Assembly: GCF_044704955.1 (NCBI RefSeq)
Contig: NC_091993.1
Location: 7,688,001-7,752,000, forward strand
DNA from: Pristiophorus japonicus
Lineage: Eukaryota
DNA: 64,000 bases
Direction: 5' to 3'
Shown here: positions 1-12,800 of the stretch, in pieces
How the letters are laid out: each line of letters begins with the position of its first letter
Position numbering within the stretch: position 1 is the stretch's first letter
The notes under the pieces: model-generated
What the model saw: the letters and a program-made list of their open reading frames with translations, nothing else
Database searches by the model: none
Told to the model about the DNA's origin: nothing
Made by a program: the position numbers and the translations under genes

Positions 1-506
1 AATAACATCATCCCTCTCCAGTGCTACATGTAGCAAAATATATATTGCGGATTTGTCATTGGTTATTAATCCCCAATGTAGGAGCTACTAAGCTATGCAT
101 CAAAATCTGATTTATTTAGTGTAAAATAGTGCTAGCTTGGCATAATGTATTTCGATCTGATTCTTAATTTGTGATTAATTTGATGACTTTGTCATCTTAT
201 GTAAATCCATTACAACTGTTTAATTCTTTATGAAGAATGCAAACTTGCAGTACTTACACCAAAAGTAGGATTACTGCCAAAATAAGCAACAATCAAGTTT
301 AAATGTTATATCAGACAAGATTCCAAAGAATTTTGTTACACATAATATTACACCACAATTACAACATTTTTAATTATTTATTTTAAGTGGTTAATCATGT
401 TTTGTAATCCTGCCACACAGACCATTTGAATTCTTACATTTTCCATTTATATCATCAGTCTTTTTATAAAGTGTTGTTCTTATTTTTTGTGTTTTTTCAA
501 AACATT

Positions 507-1234
507 GGGCTCAATTTTCCCCAGTGATTTGCGCCGTTTTTTTTGGAGCAGACTGCTTCTTTGTGGCCTCAGTTGAAAAACCACAGTTTCCCCAATCAAT
601 TTGTACCAGTGTAACTCAGTTCGTTACAATTTTTTTAGGTCAGTTTTTTTTTCTGCCAAAGGGGGCGTAACCAGCCACCTCTGCCAATTCTGGCCATTTC
701 GGGAAGTTTGGCAAGCTGAGAGTTATTGCAGTTCTGATTAGGCCAGCGTATGTGGCCCCTGCAGAAAAACCTTCCGGAGAGTTAAGGAAATGGGCGCGGG
801 TAAGGAAATGGGCGCAACAGATGCCCGGACACACTAAAAGAATTGAAAAATACATAGAAGCAACTTACCTCTAACCCTATCTGAAGGCTGTGCAGTCCCA
901 TATTCGGTCCCCGGTTCACTCTCTCTCTCACACACACACAGACACACAGAGAGAGAGAGAGAGAGCTATGTGTTTTTCAATTCTTTTAATGTGTTGGGAG
1001 CTGGCTGTATGCTTCACTTTGCAGCCTCAGCTTGCATTGGTTACCACGGCAGCCCGATCTTTTTGGCACAGATCAAGGCTCCACCCCCAAAACTAAAGGT
1101 CGGGTTACGCCATGCCAAAATGAAGAAATCCAATGGGGAAACTTAGAATATTTTTTTGGGCGTACTTAGGCCCCAAAAAATTGGGCGTAACTCTTCAAGT
1201 ACGCCAAAAAAATGCTTTGAGGAAAATTGAGCCC
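507..1234. mobile_element. MITE with GGGCTCAATTTTCC terminal inverted repeats (PIF/Harbinger-like, non-autonomous)
   Basis: gggctcaattttcc at 507 and ggaaaattgagccc ending 1234; flanks att/atg; internal CT/CA/GA microsatellite at 918-964. Confidence 0.75.
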
Positions 1235-1559
1235 ATGGTCTTATCATTGTAATCTGTGTTCTTTTGCAAAATTTTTGGTATATTGGTGCTGATTGTAAAG
1301 AATTCAGAAGGATAATATAAGAACATAAAGAAGTCAAGGATTATAAAAGGCATTCTGACCTACTGAATCTCTTCCCTCTATGACTGTAACTCTCCCATTA
1401 CAGCATCCAGTTATATCTGGAACAATTTTACTGTTATTGCCTCCACTACGCTACCTGGCAAACTATTTAAAAAAATGTTCTTCATCCTTTGAGTAAAGGG
1501 GTTCTCGCTAATATTTTAAATTTGCTTTTCACTAATATAAATTTATATTCCTATGCTTG

Positions 1560-2680
1560 GTGCAAAAATCAACCTGTTTCTATCCTCTAGCACCATCACA
1601 ATTTCCTTCAAGACCACCATTATCTCTTCTTCCTCAGGAAACCCGCTCTGAACCACATCACTATGTCGAACTACCGTACTGCAGCTTTTCCTCTATCTGC
1701 ACTGTCATCTTTGGTGTACCCAGGAATTCATCCTCGGTCCCCTCAACTTTACTATCTACATCCTACAGTCTTGGCGACATCAACCAGAAGCATGGGATCA
1801 GCTTCTACATGTGTTCTAATGACACCTAGCTCTACCTCATACATTGATCCAAAAGCTGTTGCTGCACTCTCCAACTCTGACACCAAGGTCCAGATGAGCC
1901 AAAAATTCCTCCAGATTAATATCAGCAAAACCATTGACATTGATCTTGGCTCCCACCGGCAGCTACGTACCTCTGGCCTCAAACTCCCATCAGCCTCCCC
2001 ACCTGCTAACTCTGACAGTCAGGAGGCGTGGATCCTTTATGTGCTGCTCAACCCTGAGCTCAGGTTCCTTGCGGACCTCCAGTGCATTACCAGGACCGCC
2101 TTCTTCCACCTTTGCATCATTGTACATCTTTATCCCCATCTCTTCCCCTTCTGCTGCTAAAACCCTAATCCAGGCTTCATCATCTTGAGGCTCAACTTCT
2201 TCAGAGCCTTCCAGCGGGCTTGCTTGCCTCAACCCTCCACATCCTTATCTGCAGTAAATCCCACTTCCCATCACGCTTCTCCTCCATTGGCTCCCTGTGA
2301 CCCAGCGGGTTGACTTCAACATTCTTATCCTCACTTTCAAATCCCTCCACGGCCTTGCTGGACTTTACCTTCTGTCACCACATGCAAACCGCGCCTCCAC
2401 CCCATTCCTGTAACAGTGGGCTTTTCCGTGTTCCTTGCCCGCTCTACTCCACTCGTCGTTTGTTCAATCTCAAAGCTCGTCCCTCTAGCATGCCCTGCTT
2501 AATTCCCTTCACCTCACCTCTTTATTCTCTTCAGTACGCTTCCTTGCACCCTGTTTTCAAAAACCTCTCAAAATCTTTCTCGTCAACCATGCCTTACATT
2601 TCCACTTTCCACCTCCTGCTTGGTGCTCACTGTTATGCCCACAAGAAGGTGAAGTGCTTGAGGAACACCACAGAAAGCAA
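1560..2680 (+). mobile_element. Old degraded L2/CR1-group LINE RT fragment
   Basis: Broken frames resemble RT motifs (GVP.., LGDINQKHGISFYMCSNDT as a decayed YADDT region, LQINISKT). Boundaries approximate. Confidence 0.6.
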
Positions 2681-3149
2681 GATGTTGTCGTGCCCTTTGA
2701 TATACTTTCCTGGCTTGCTTTAAAGTAATCTTCTATGCGGTTTAGTAATTTATATACCTCAATGAGGTCCACCCTTAACCTCCAACTTCTAGACTATAGA
2801 AGTTGAGTTTCTCCAAACTTTCTTCTCGGCTCGTCCTTTTTAACTGGAGGTCATTTTTGCAGCTTTACTCTGAATGGTATTGCAGCAGACCGGGGGAATT
2901 TCCACATTTACTGCTGGGCGGAAAATGGGCAGCAGCAGATCAGCTGCCCGCCTGGCAATGTTGCCGCTAAGTTGCGTGGCCATGCGAAGGTCTGGAGGTC
3001 TCGCACAGGCCGCTCACCGGCTTTTCGATGGAAGGAACCCCACTTGTGCAGCAATTTGAATGGGCTGCGCAGCTAGTTAAAGGGACCATGCATGAAAATA
3101 AAAATTAGAGGGGTCGTTACTGTCTGACCTTACCACACTCCCACCACAT

Positions 3150-3435
3150 CCCCCCCGCCCCCACCCCCCGCCCCCACCCCCCGCCCCCGGCCCCCACCCC
3201 CACCCCCCGCCCCCACCCCCCGCNNNNNNNNNNNNNNNNNNNNNNNNNNNNNNNNNNNNNNNNNNNNNNNNNNNNNNNNNNNNNNNNNNNNNNNNNNNNN
3301 NNNNNNNNNNNNNNNNNNNNNNNNNNNNNNNNNNNNNNNNNNNNNNNNNNNNNNNNNNNNNACCCCCCGCCCCCAGCCCCCGCCCCCGGCCCCCACCCCC
3401 CACCCCCCGCCCCCCGCCCCCGGCCCCCACCACCC
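3150..3435. repeat. C-rich low-complexity repeat (CCCCCGCCCCCA) around an assembly gap (N at 3224-3361)
   Basis: Directly visible. Confidence 0.9.
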
Positions 3436-3811
3436 AGTTACCGTTTTCACTGACTTTAATGGAAATGAAAACCAGCCAGCTGATCCAGTATTGCCTGCTT
3501 TCTGCCTAAAAATTCACCCGAGTTTGAGCCAGGGCCCATCGTGTCTGAGTTATAGCATGACAGGAAATGCCAAGTGGTGGCCTGGGCCTTCCAAAAACAG
3601 AGGGGAAACAGGCATGTTATCTCCAGAATGCTTTTCAGTGCACAATGGAGGGAACTAACTGAAAACTATAAACAAGAGTAAAAGTATAAATAAAATAAAT
3701 GGCAGATTGAGTAGAAATGAAACGGTTGTGTTACAATATTGGTCATAACTTATTTAACAAACATTAGCACTACAGAGTTTACTAAGCAATATATTTTTAC
3801 TTTCTTGAGTA

Positions 3812-3817
3812 TTTATT
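3812..3817 (-). terminator. Candidate polyadenylation signal AATAAA of CATSPER2
   Basis: AATAAA on the minus strand about 27 nt after the stop codon. Confidence 0.55.
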
Positions 3818-3843
3818 TCGGCCGCCTGCATCTTGAAGCCGTT

Positions 3844-3875
3844 TTACACATCGTGCATATTCAGGAGGGCCTGAG
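3844..3875 (-). CDS. CATSPER2: CATSPER2 last coding exon ([10 protein letters not shown])
   Basis: Strong acceptor tttttgtttcttgcag, phase 1, TAA at 3846-3844; resembles the human end VQALMNLEDK*. Confidence 0.88.
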
Positions 3876-6800
3876 CTGCAAGAAACAAAAATACAAGTAT
3901 CAAATACATTCGGTAGACTGATGATTCAATTTGATTTACAGGATAAATTTTTATCCCTGCTCTTTCTTTTGGCTAATAGTTCACAGCACCGTGATCTGAA
4001 CCTACTTTTGACCCTGGTAACTTTTTATTTAACTTGTACAACTAAAAATAATTCTACATGCATATTTGTGAACTATAATAGCATTGGGAACCTGCTATAA
4101 GCAATGTTACATGGCAGTATAGTGATTTACTGTGTTGGAGCTGCAAGGCACCATGCAACCGAAGGTGCTATGGGAGTTACTGCAGACGTTTCCCAACATG
4201 GGTTTTGTCTCAGTTGCGTAAAGTGGGGGAATGCTTAACAAAATTCAGCTGCGAGACTACAGGCAGAGGGGGACATAGAAAGGAAGAATCATCTTACATG
4301 GCACTGGTGAAACTTTGATATGGTGATTTAGAATAAGGTGACCTATCTTCTAAACCGAATCTGGGGACACACAGGATGAGAACAAAGTACAGCAAAGTAT
4401 CCAGCACGGAATATGGAGGTTGCACAGCGCAGCGAGGCGAAAAACGTTGTTATTTTGCCAACTGAATCTGCAAAAAGCAACGCCAGGACTTCCCGCCTGA
4501 ATTATGCGGCCGCTGTTCATAGTATCTGCCGGCTGCAATCACCAGCTTCTCCCCCTCCTCACAGCCCGAAACTCGCCCACACCATCCCAGGCTGCTGAAC
4601 TTGCGCTGATCTTGATCCTGGGACATCTACACGGCCTGGCTCCCACCGCTCATTAGTCTGATGACCAGCGGCCCCCGTTACTCGGACATTTTAGCTCCGG
4701 GGCCGAATTTCTCATCAACCGAATTTCACAGGACTATCCGGGGATTCGGTGGGGGCGGGGGGGACAGGAAGGGGGATACGGAGCATGTGTACTGCGGCCA
4801 CAGAGCTCGATGTCTGCATAAATTCAAGTCCCTCAGTGAATCCACTCCTGCTACTGGTCTGAACACAGGAGATTGATATCCCTCCCACCAATCGGAACCC
4901 GCCCCGCTGCACAGCCCCACCCATTTTATTGACCGACCGAAGGACAGCTCGAGGGTCACGTGGCTCCTGATTTGCATATTCGGGGACAAGTTTCCCGAAG
5001 CAGAGTCCACCATCAAGGGTGATGAATGCAAGGCCATTAACACCTTGTTGGCGCTGCGGGGGTGATCATCGTTTCCATTCATGCCGATTCAAAGAGTACA
5101 TTTGCAAGGGCTGTGGAAAAATGGGACACCTCCAACAAGTGTGCAGGCGAGCAACAAAGCCTGTTAAACCTGAACCCACCATGTTGCAGAGGAGGACAGA
5201 TTCACGGAGGATCACGACGAACCAGAGCCTCAGATTGAGGAGGCAAAGGTACATGGGATGCACACATTCATCACGAATTGTCCCCCGATAATGCTGAATG
5301 TTGAACTAAATGGATTCCCGGTGTCAATGGAGCTGGACATGGGCGCAAGCCAGTCCATCATGGGCAAAAAGACTTTCGAAAGGTTGTGGTGCAACAAGGC
5401 CTCAAGGCCAGACTTAACTTCAGTTCGCACGAAACTAAGAACTTACACGAAAGAACTGATTCCTGTAATCGGCAGAGCTACCGTAAAGGTCTCCTACGAT
5501 GGAGCGGTGCACAAGCTACCACTCTGGGTGGTACCAGGCGATGGTCCCAAGCTGCTCGGCAGGAGCTGGCTGGAAAAGATACCCTGGAACTGGGATGACG
5601 TCCGAGCGCTATTGCCCACTGACGACACTTCGTGTGTCCAGGTCTTAAACAAATTTCCTTCGCTGTTCGAACCAGGCATCGGGAAATTCCAAGGAGCAAA
5701 AGTGCAGATCCACCTAATTCCGGGGGCGCGACCCATCCATCACAAGACGAGAGCAGTACCGTACATAATGAGAGAAAGGGTAGAGATTGAGCTAGATTGG
5801 CTGCAAAGAGAGGGCATCATTTCCCCGATCGAGTTCAGCGAATGGGCCAGTCCTATTGTCCCAGTCCTTAAGGGAGACGGCACCATCAGAATCTGTGGCG
5901 ATTACAAAGTAACTATCAATCGTTTCTCCCTGCAGGACCAATACCCACTACCAAAGGCCGACAACCTCTTTGCAACGCTGGCGGAAGGAAAGACGTTCAC
6001 GAAGCTTGATCTGACTTCAGCCTACATGACGCAGGAACTGGAGGAATCATCGAAGGCCCTCACCTGCATCAACACGCACAAAGGTCTTTTTGTTTATAAC
6101 AGATGCTCGTTTGGAATCCGATCAGCAGCAGCGATATTCCAGAGAAACGTGGAAAGTTTACTGAAGTCGGTCCCGCACACCGTGGTCTTCCAGGACGACA
6201 TCTTGGTCACAGGTCGGAACACAGTTGAACACCTGCAGAACCTGGAGGAGGTTCTTAGTCAACTCAACCGTGTGAGGCTCAGGTTAAAACACTCAAAGTG
6301 CATTTTCCTGGCGCCTGAAGTGGAGTTCCTGGGAAGGAGGATTGCGGCGGATGGCATCAGGCCCACCAATGCGAAGGTGGAGGCAATCGAGAAAGCACCG
6401 AGGTCACAGAACGTGACAGAGCTGCGGTCGTTTCTGGGACTCTTGAATTACTTTGGTAACTGCTTACCGGGTCTCAGCACACTGTTAGAACCACTGCATG
6501 TCTTACTACAAAAAGGGGCAAATGGGTTTGGGGCAAAAGCCAAGAAAATGCCTATGTAAAAGCGAGAAAATTGTTATGCTCAAACAAACTGCTTGTGTTG
6601 TATGATCCATCTAAGCGTTTGGTACTAGCATGTGACGTGTCGTCATATGGCGTCGGGTGTGTATTACAACAAGTTAATGATTTCGGGAACTGCAACCAGT
6701 TGCTTATGCATCCAGGAGTCTGTCTAAGGCTGAGAGAGCCGACAGCATGATTGAAAAAGAAGCGTTAGCGTGTGTCTATGGGGTAAAGAAAATGCATCAA

Positions 6801-9800
6801 TACCTGTTTGGGCTAAAATTCGAATTGGAAACTGACCATAAGCCACTTATATCCCTGTTTTCCGAGATAAACGGATAAATACCAATGCATCGCCCCGCAT
6901 CCAGAGATGGGCGCTCATGTTGTCCGAATACAACTACGCCATCCGCCACAGGCCAGGCACAGAAAACTGCGCCAATGCTCTCAGTCGGCTGCCATTGCCC
7001 ACTACGGGGGTGGAAATGGCACAGCTCGCAGGTCTAGCCATGGTTATGGAAGCAGTTGAGAGTGAGCAATCACCCGTCACTGTCCGGCAGATCAAAACCT
7101 GGACAAGCCAGGACCCCTTATTGGGCCCAAGTTTCCACATGATTTGCGCCTGATTTTTAGGAGCAACTGGTGGAGAACGGACTATCTTAGAAATCGCAAT
7201 TCTCCACATTTTGTTTTTCTGCAGTTCTAGTCAGGTAGAACAGTTCTACTTTGGAACAGAATTTTTTCTTCAAAAGGGGGCGTGTCCGGCCACTGACGCC
7301 TGATTTCAAAGTTTCCACAGTGAAAACGTACTCCAAACTAACCTAGAATGGAGCAAGTGAAGATTTTTGTAGAACTGAAAAAACCTGTTCTACACATTAA
7401 AAAATCAGACGCAGGTTACAAATTAGGCGTCCAGAACGAGGTGGGGGGGAGGGGGGGGAAGGGAAGTCATTAAATTCTACAATCAATCCTTATTTATACT
7501 TCTACAAATATTATACAAATAAATCCAACCTGAATAAAAATTTATAAGCAAAGAAAAGATTAAATAAACCATCTTCCTACCTGTGTGAAAGTGCTTCAGC
7601 TAGCCTCACAAGTTCGTTCGTTCGTTCCCGACGGCGGGCGGGAGGGAGGGAGTGCGGGACCGACCGACCGCCCGAACGCAGCGGGGGGGGGGGGGAGGAA
7701 GCTGTTCCAGACGGCGGGCGGGCAGGAGACAGTGAGAAGGGACGCCTCAGTGCTGATGTGCTGATGGCAATGTGCTTTTATTAAAAAATGTTCAAAAATT
7801 AAACAGCTACAAAGAACTACAAAAATGGCCGAGTGCCAATGTTTCCTTCACACTGCGCGTGCGCGAACGCTCCAACGCGCACGCGCAGGGTTGCCGGCAG
7901 GAAAAAAATGAATTTAAATAGTACCCGCCCCCTCCCACTTACAAAATCGGCGTGAGTGTAGGCTCCGCCCCCCTGGGCACCGCGCCAAACAGACAAGGAG
8001 CTGCAGGGCGCTCCAGAATCGCGAGTTTTTTTTCCGGCGCGTTTTTAGGCGTGAAAAACGGGCGCCCAGCTCGGAGGGGCGCCCGTTTTTTATCGTGTGG
8101 AAACTTGGGCCCATTATCTCTAGTCAAAAGCTGTGTGCTTCACGGGAGATGATCCAGTGTCCCAGTGGAAATGCAGAAAGAGATAAAGCCGTTCCAGCGG
8201 CGCAAAGATGAAATGTCTCTACAGGCAGACTGCCTTCTGTGGAGCAATCGAGTAGTGGTCCCCAAGAAGGGCAGAGACACCTTCATCAATGACCTCCACA
8301 GTATCCACCCAGGCATCTTAATGGTGAAAGCGATAGCCAGATCCCACGTGTGGTGGCCCGGCATCGATGTGGACTTAGAGTCTTTCATTCACAGATATAA
8401 TACATGCTCGCAGTTAAGCAATGTACCCAGAGAGGCGCCGCTAAGTTATGGTCTTGGCCCTGCAAACCGTGGTCTAGGGTATATGTCGACTATGCAGGCC
8501 CGTTCTCGGGTAAAATGTTTCTTGTGGTTGTAGACGCGTACTCCAAGTGGATTGAATGTGAGATAATATCGGCTAACACATCCGCTGCCACTACTGAAAG
8601 CCTGCGGGCCATGTTTGCCACACACGGCTTACCCGATGTCCTGGTGAGCGACAACGGGCCATGTTTTACCAGTGCTGAGTTCAAAGAATTCATGACCCGT
8701 AACGGGCTCAAACATGTCACATCTGCCCCGTTTAAACCAGCATCCAATGGTCAGGCAGAGAGAGCAATGCAAACCATCAAGCAAGGCTTGAAGAGGGTAA
8801 CTGAAGGCTCACTGCAGTCTCGCCTATCCCGAGTTCTGCTTAGCTACCGCACGAGACCCCACTCATTGCTGATCTTCTCATGAAAAGAGCACTTAAGACA
8901 AGGCTCTCGTTAGTTCACCCTGATCAACATGAACAGGTAGAGAGCAGTCGGCTTCAACAAAGTGCATACCATGATAGCGCAAATGTGTCATGCGAGATTG
9001 AAATCAATGATCCTGTATTTGTATTAAATTATGGACAAGGTCCCAAGTGGCTTCCCGGCACTGTCGCGGCCAAAGAGGGGAGCAGGGTGTTTCGGGTCAA
9101 ACATTTCAAATGGACTCATTCACCGGAAACACTTGGACCAAATCAAACTCAGATTCATGGACTATCCTGAGCAACCCACCTTGGATTCTACCTTTTTTGA
9201 TCCCCCAACACACACACCAGTGGCAACCGACACCATGGTTGACCGCGAAGCAGAACCTATCATCCACAGCAGCCCTGCAGGGCCCAACACACCAGGCAGC
9301 CCAGCAAGGCCAGCTGCACAGCAGCCCAGCGAGGGCCCAACAAATGATTCAACAACACCAGCTTTCACACCAAGATGATCAACCAGAGCAAGAAGGGCCC
9401 CAGATCGACTCACATTGTAAATAGTTACACTATTGACTTTGGCAGGGGGGAAGTGTTGTTATATATGTGGACTTGTATTTACTCTGTACAGCCACCAGAG
9501 GGCTCATCCCCTGGAGTCCCAAGGGATCCCATAATCCCTTGGGAGCATAGGTATTTAAGGAGGTTTCACAGGTTGGAGAGGCACTCTGGAGACCTGCAAT
9601 AAAAGACTACGGTCACACTTTACTTTGAGCTCACAGTCTGACTCTTTCTCCATACACAACAACTAGGACACTTGCCTTTGAGTCAGAAGGCTCAAGTCCC
9701 ACTCCAGGAACTAGAGCAAATAAATCTAGGCTGACAGTGCAGTGCTGGGGGAGTGCTGCACTGATGGAGGTGCCCTTTTTGGATGAGACATGTTACCTCC

Positions 9801-12800
9801 CTCTCAGGTGGACGTCAAAAATCCTACTATTTCAAAGAAGATCAGGGGAGTTATCTCTGGTGTCCTGGACAATATTTATCACTCAATCAACACAACAAAA
9901 ACAGATTATCTGGTCATTATCACATTGCTGTTTGTGGGAGCTTGCTGTGCGCAAGTTGGCTGACATGTCTCCCACATTACAGCAGTGACTACACTCCAAA
10001 AGTACCTCATTGGCTGTAAAGCGCTTTGAGATATCCGGTGGTCGTGAAAGGTGCTAATTAAATGCAAGTCTTTCTTTCTTTCTTACATGACCTAATGAAG
10101 TTGTCAGCGTTTGACATATAGGTTCATTTCGCAGCAGTGGTTGCACCCACCTGCAAGAAGTTGGAGATTCTTTCGTTCCTCCAGATTGTGTTGGAGTTGT
10201 TCGAGCAGTTCATAGTACCGAAACAAGGAGTCCCTTGGCCAGATTACCTTCTCTCTTGCCGAGTTACTTTTCACCAGCTTTATATTTTTACGGACGTAGC
10301 TGCTCCAGTCTGTGGAGAAATAAAGCCAATATGGCTTTAATGTGCGCTTTCTTTCACATTTCATCACATGGCATTCTAACGGCTAAAAGCACATGAGGGC
10401 CAATTCTGTGATTCGACACGCCCAGCAGGGAGCAGTATTCAGAGGGAGCTCGTGGTGGGGAGGCTGCCCTTGCCCTGAAACAAAGCTACAATAGTCCCAG
10501 TTCTCTGACCTGCGGATCTCGTGGCCTTACTTGAACATCGTTTTTCAATGTTAGTTATTCAAGCACAAGATGATTATAATACTTAAAGCATTGTTCGCTT
10601 GGATGTACAGGATTTCTCTACGTGCAACAAATGAAAATGACTGTCAAAGAGGGATATGTCCCTCACAATTGCACAGATATTCATCATTTAAGGATACTCA
10701 AGTGGGAATGTATATCAAGACAGAGATTTAAATTTGAAATGCTTAGTTAAGCATCCAACAATCTAACCTTGAGTAAGTTCATATTTAACAACATAGACTA
10801 GCATTACTTGTTTTACAATTTGCAGATATGTATCCATTCAAAATCCTAGGCAAAATACTCTACAAAAGGAACTTAACAATCTATATTGTTAAAACAATTG
10901 TCTGTTTTGTACAATTGGGAAAAAAAGCTTAATACAGTACTTATGCAATTAATGATACGTTAGTGCATTTTGAAAGCTACACACAAAATTAATATTTCAA
11001 ATTTGTTTTCATTAACCTGTCATTTTCTTTCTTACCTTTCGATCCACGTGCATCAATAGTTTCAGTTGTATGACTCCCGGTGCTGCCTGACCTAAAATCC
11101 AATTCACTCGGAGGAGCTAATTCAATTTCTGACTGTCCATCTCTGCTGCAGTCAGTGGTAGAAATTGAATGAAGCAAGTTAGTTCGTTCAGTTGTCTCCC
11201 TTTCTCACCTGAAGGCACTAGTTCATTTCCACAAGTACCCTCCAGTACTCCACCCTAGCGGCCTTTCTCTCTGCATAAATCTAAGTGATGAGTGTCGGTG
11301 GGCTATATAAAGGGCACCACACAACCCAGTCTGATCCTCTCCTCAACAAAAGGGTGAAATTCTTCCTGCTGAGAATGTTAATGAAAATGTTTGCACAAGA
11401 ATAAAATGCGGGACTTTCTGCTTCCCACTCGTGGCAATTTTTTCACTCAAATTACCAGCAGAAGGTGTTTCATTTCCCAGGTGTCCGGCCATCTGGACTT
11501 TCCAGTGTCAGCTGTAGCTCAGTAGCACACTCGCCTCTGAGTCAGAAGGTTGTGGGTTCAAGTCCCACTCCAGGAACTTGAGCACATGAATCTAGGCTGA
11601 CACTCCAGTGCAGTGCTAAGTGCCGAGGCCCCGACTGCCCTCTGAGGTGGACATAAAAGATCCCATGGCACTGTTTCGAAGAAGAGCAGGGGAGCTATCC
11701 CCGGGGTCCTGGACAATATTTATCCCTCAATCAACATAACAAAAGTGGGTTATCTGGTTATCATCACATTGCTGTTTGTGGGAGTTTGCTTGTGCGCAAG
11801 TTGGTTGCCGTGTTTCCAATATTACAACAGTGACTACACTCCAAAAGTACTTCATTGGCGTGACATAAATCCAGGTCTTTTGTTCTTTCTTTTTCCACCA
11901 GGAATCACTGGATGACAATCAAAAGCAAACAGGCTGGTTTTTCTCCTTCTTTGCTCAGGAGCACTACGATCAATCATTTCATCCCTACCAGCTACCCTGG
12001 CTGTGATCATTTAACTCAGGACAGATCAAGGACAGAGCCTAGGCCTCAGCTGGTCTGGTTCGCTCAATTCTGCACTGAGCGGTACCCACAGAGCCATCCG
12101 GGAAGCTGTTGTGTAACTCATCCTTTACAGCATAAATATCTGCTGCTTATTTTGTAATCTGCTGACATCTTTTCATCCAAAATCATTTAACAAAAGGAAC
12201 TTAATCATCTGCCTTTTTTAAATAAAAAAAAATGAGGGCATCAAACTGAAGAATAAAAAAAAGGCAAAATACTGTGGACGTTGGAAATCGGAAATATAAC
12301 CCGAAAATGCTGGCAATACCTAGCAGGCTAGATCCTGGCTTCCAGTGTTTCCAGCATTTTTGGTTTATAAACTGATTATGAAGTCTGGTGGAAATGTAAG
12401 GATGATGTTGTGATATTTGAACAATATTTCAATGTGCTGAGAAACATGACTGACGATGGTGATGAATTGTTTTTGCAACATCACCAAGTTAATTTATAGT
12501 TAATGTATAAAGAAAAAAGTTCATAAACATTTACTGAACGTAAAAATTACTTCAGGCATTCAACAAATAAAGAATAAAGGACAGGCAAAGCATACCTCAC
12601 AGATAGAATGCTGCACTTCCGATCAGTACATTGCCATGTTACCCTCCCATTATCATAAATATTATAATATGGTACTCTATATATACTTAAGCCTCCTGTC
12701 ATTAAGCTTTTGCAAATCCAAAAAATGGTGCTTTTCAGCAAGCAGTATGTAAAAGCATTTATCCCATGTTGGGTTTTGTTTGTCAGATGAAGTATTGTGG

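Noticed and set aside
258-273. 16-nt microexon-like segment (ttttggcag...gtaagta) on the minus strand
   Set aside because: No gene context supports it; such splice-like pairs occur by chance.
3801-3831. Apparent start exon MQAAEINTQE of a second minus-strand gene
   Set aside because: The same acceptor read in phase 1 gives the CATSPER2 terminus [10 protein letters not shown], so this ATG lies in the 3' UTR over the polyA signal.
11515-11575. tRNA gene-like A/B boxes
   Set aside because: Head of a tRNA-derived SINE that continues into the Deu core; no full cloverleaf.
12596-12676. Symmetric phase-2 exon candidate ([16 protein letters not shown]...)
   Set aside because: Poor acceptor, no homology, and not needed to keep the frame.
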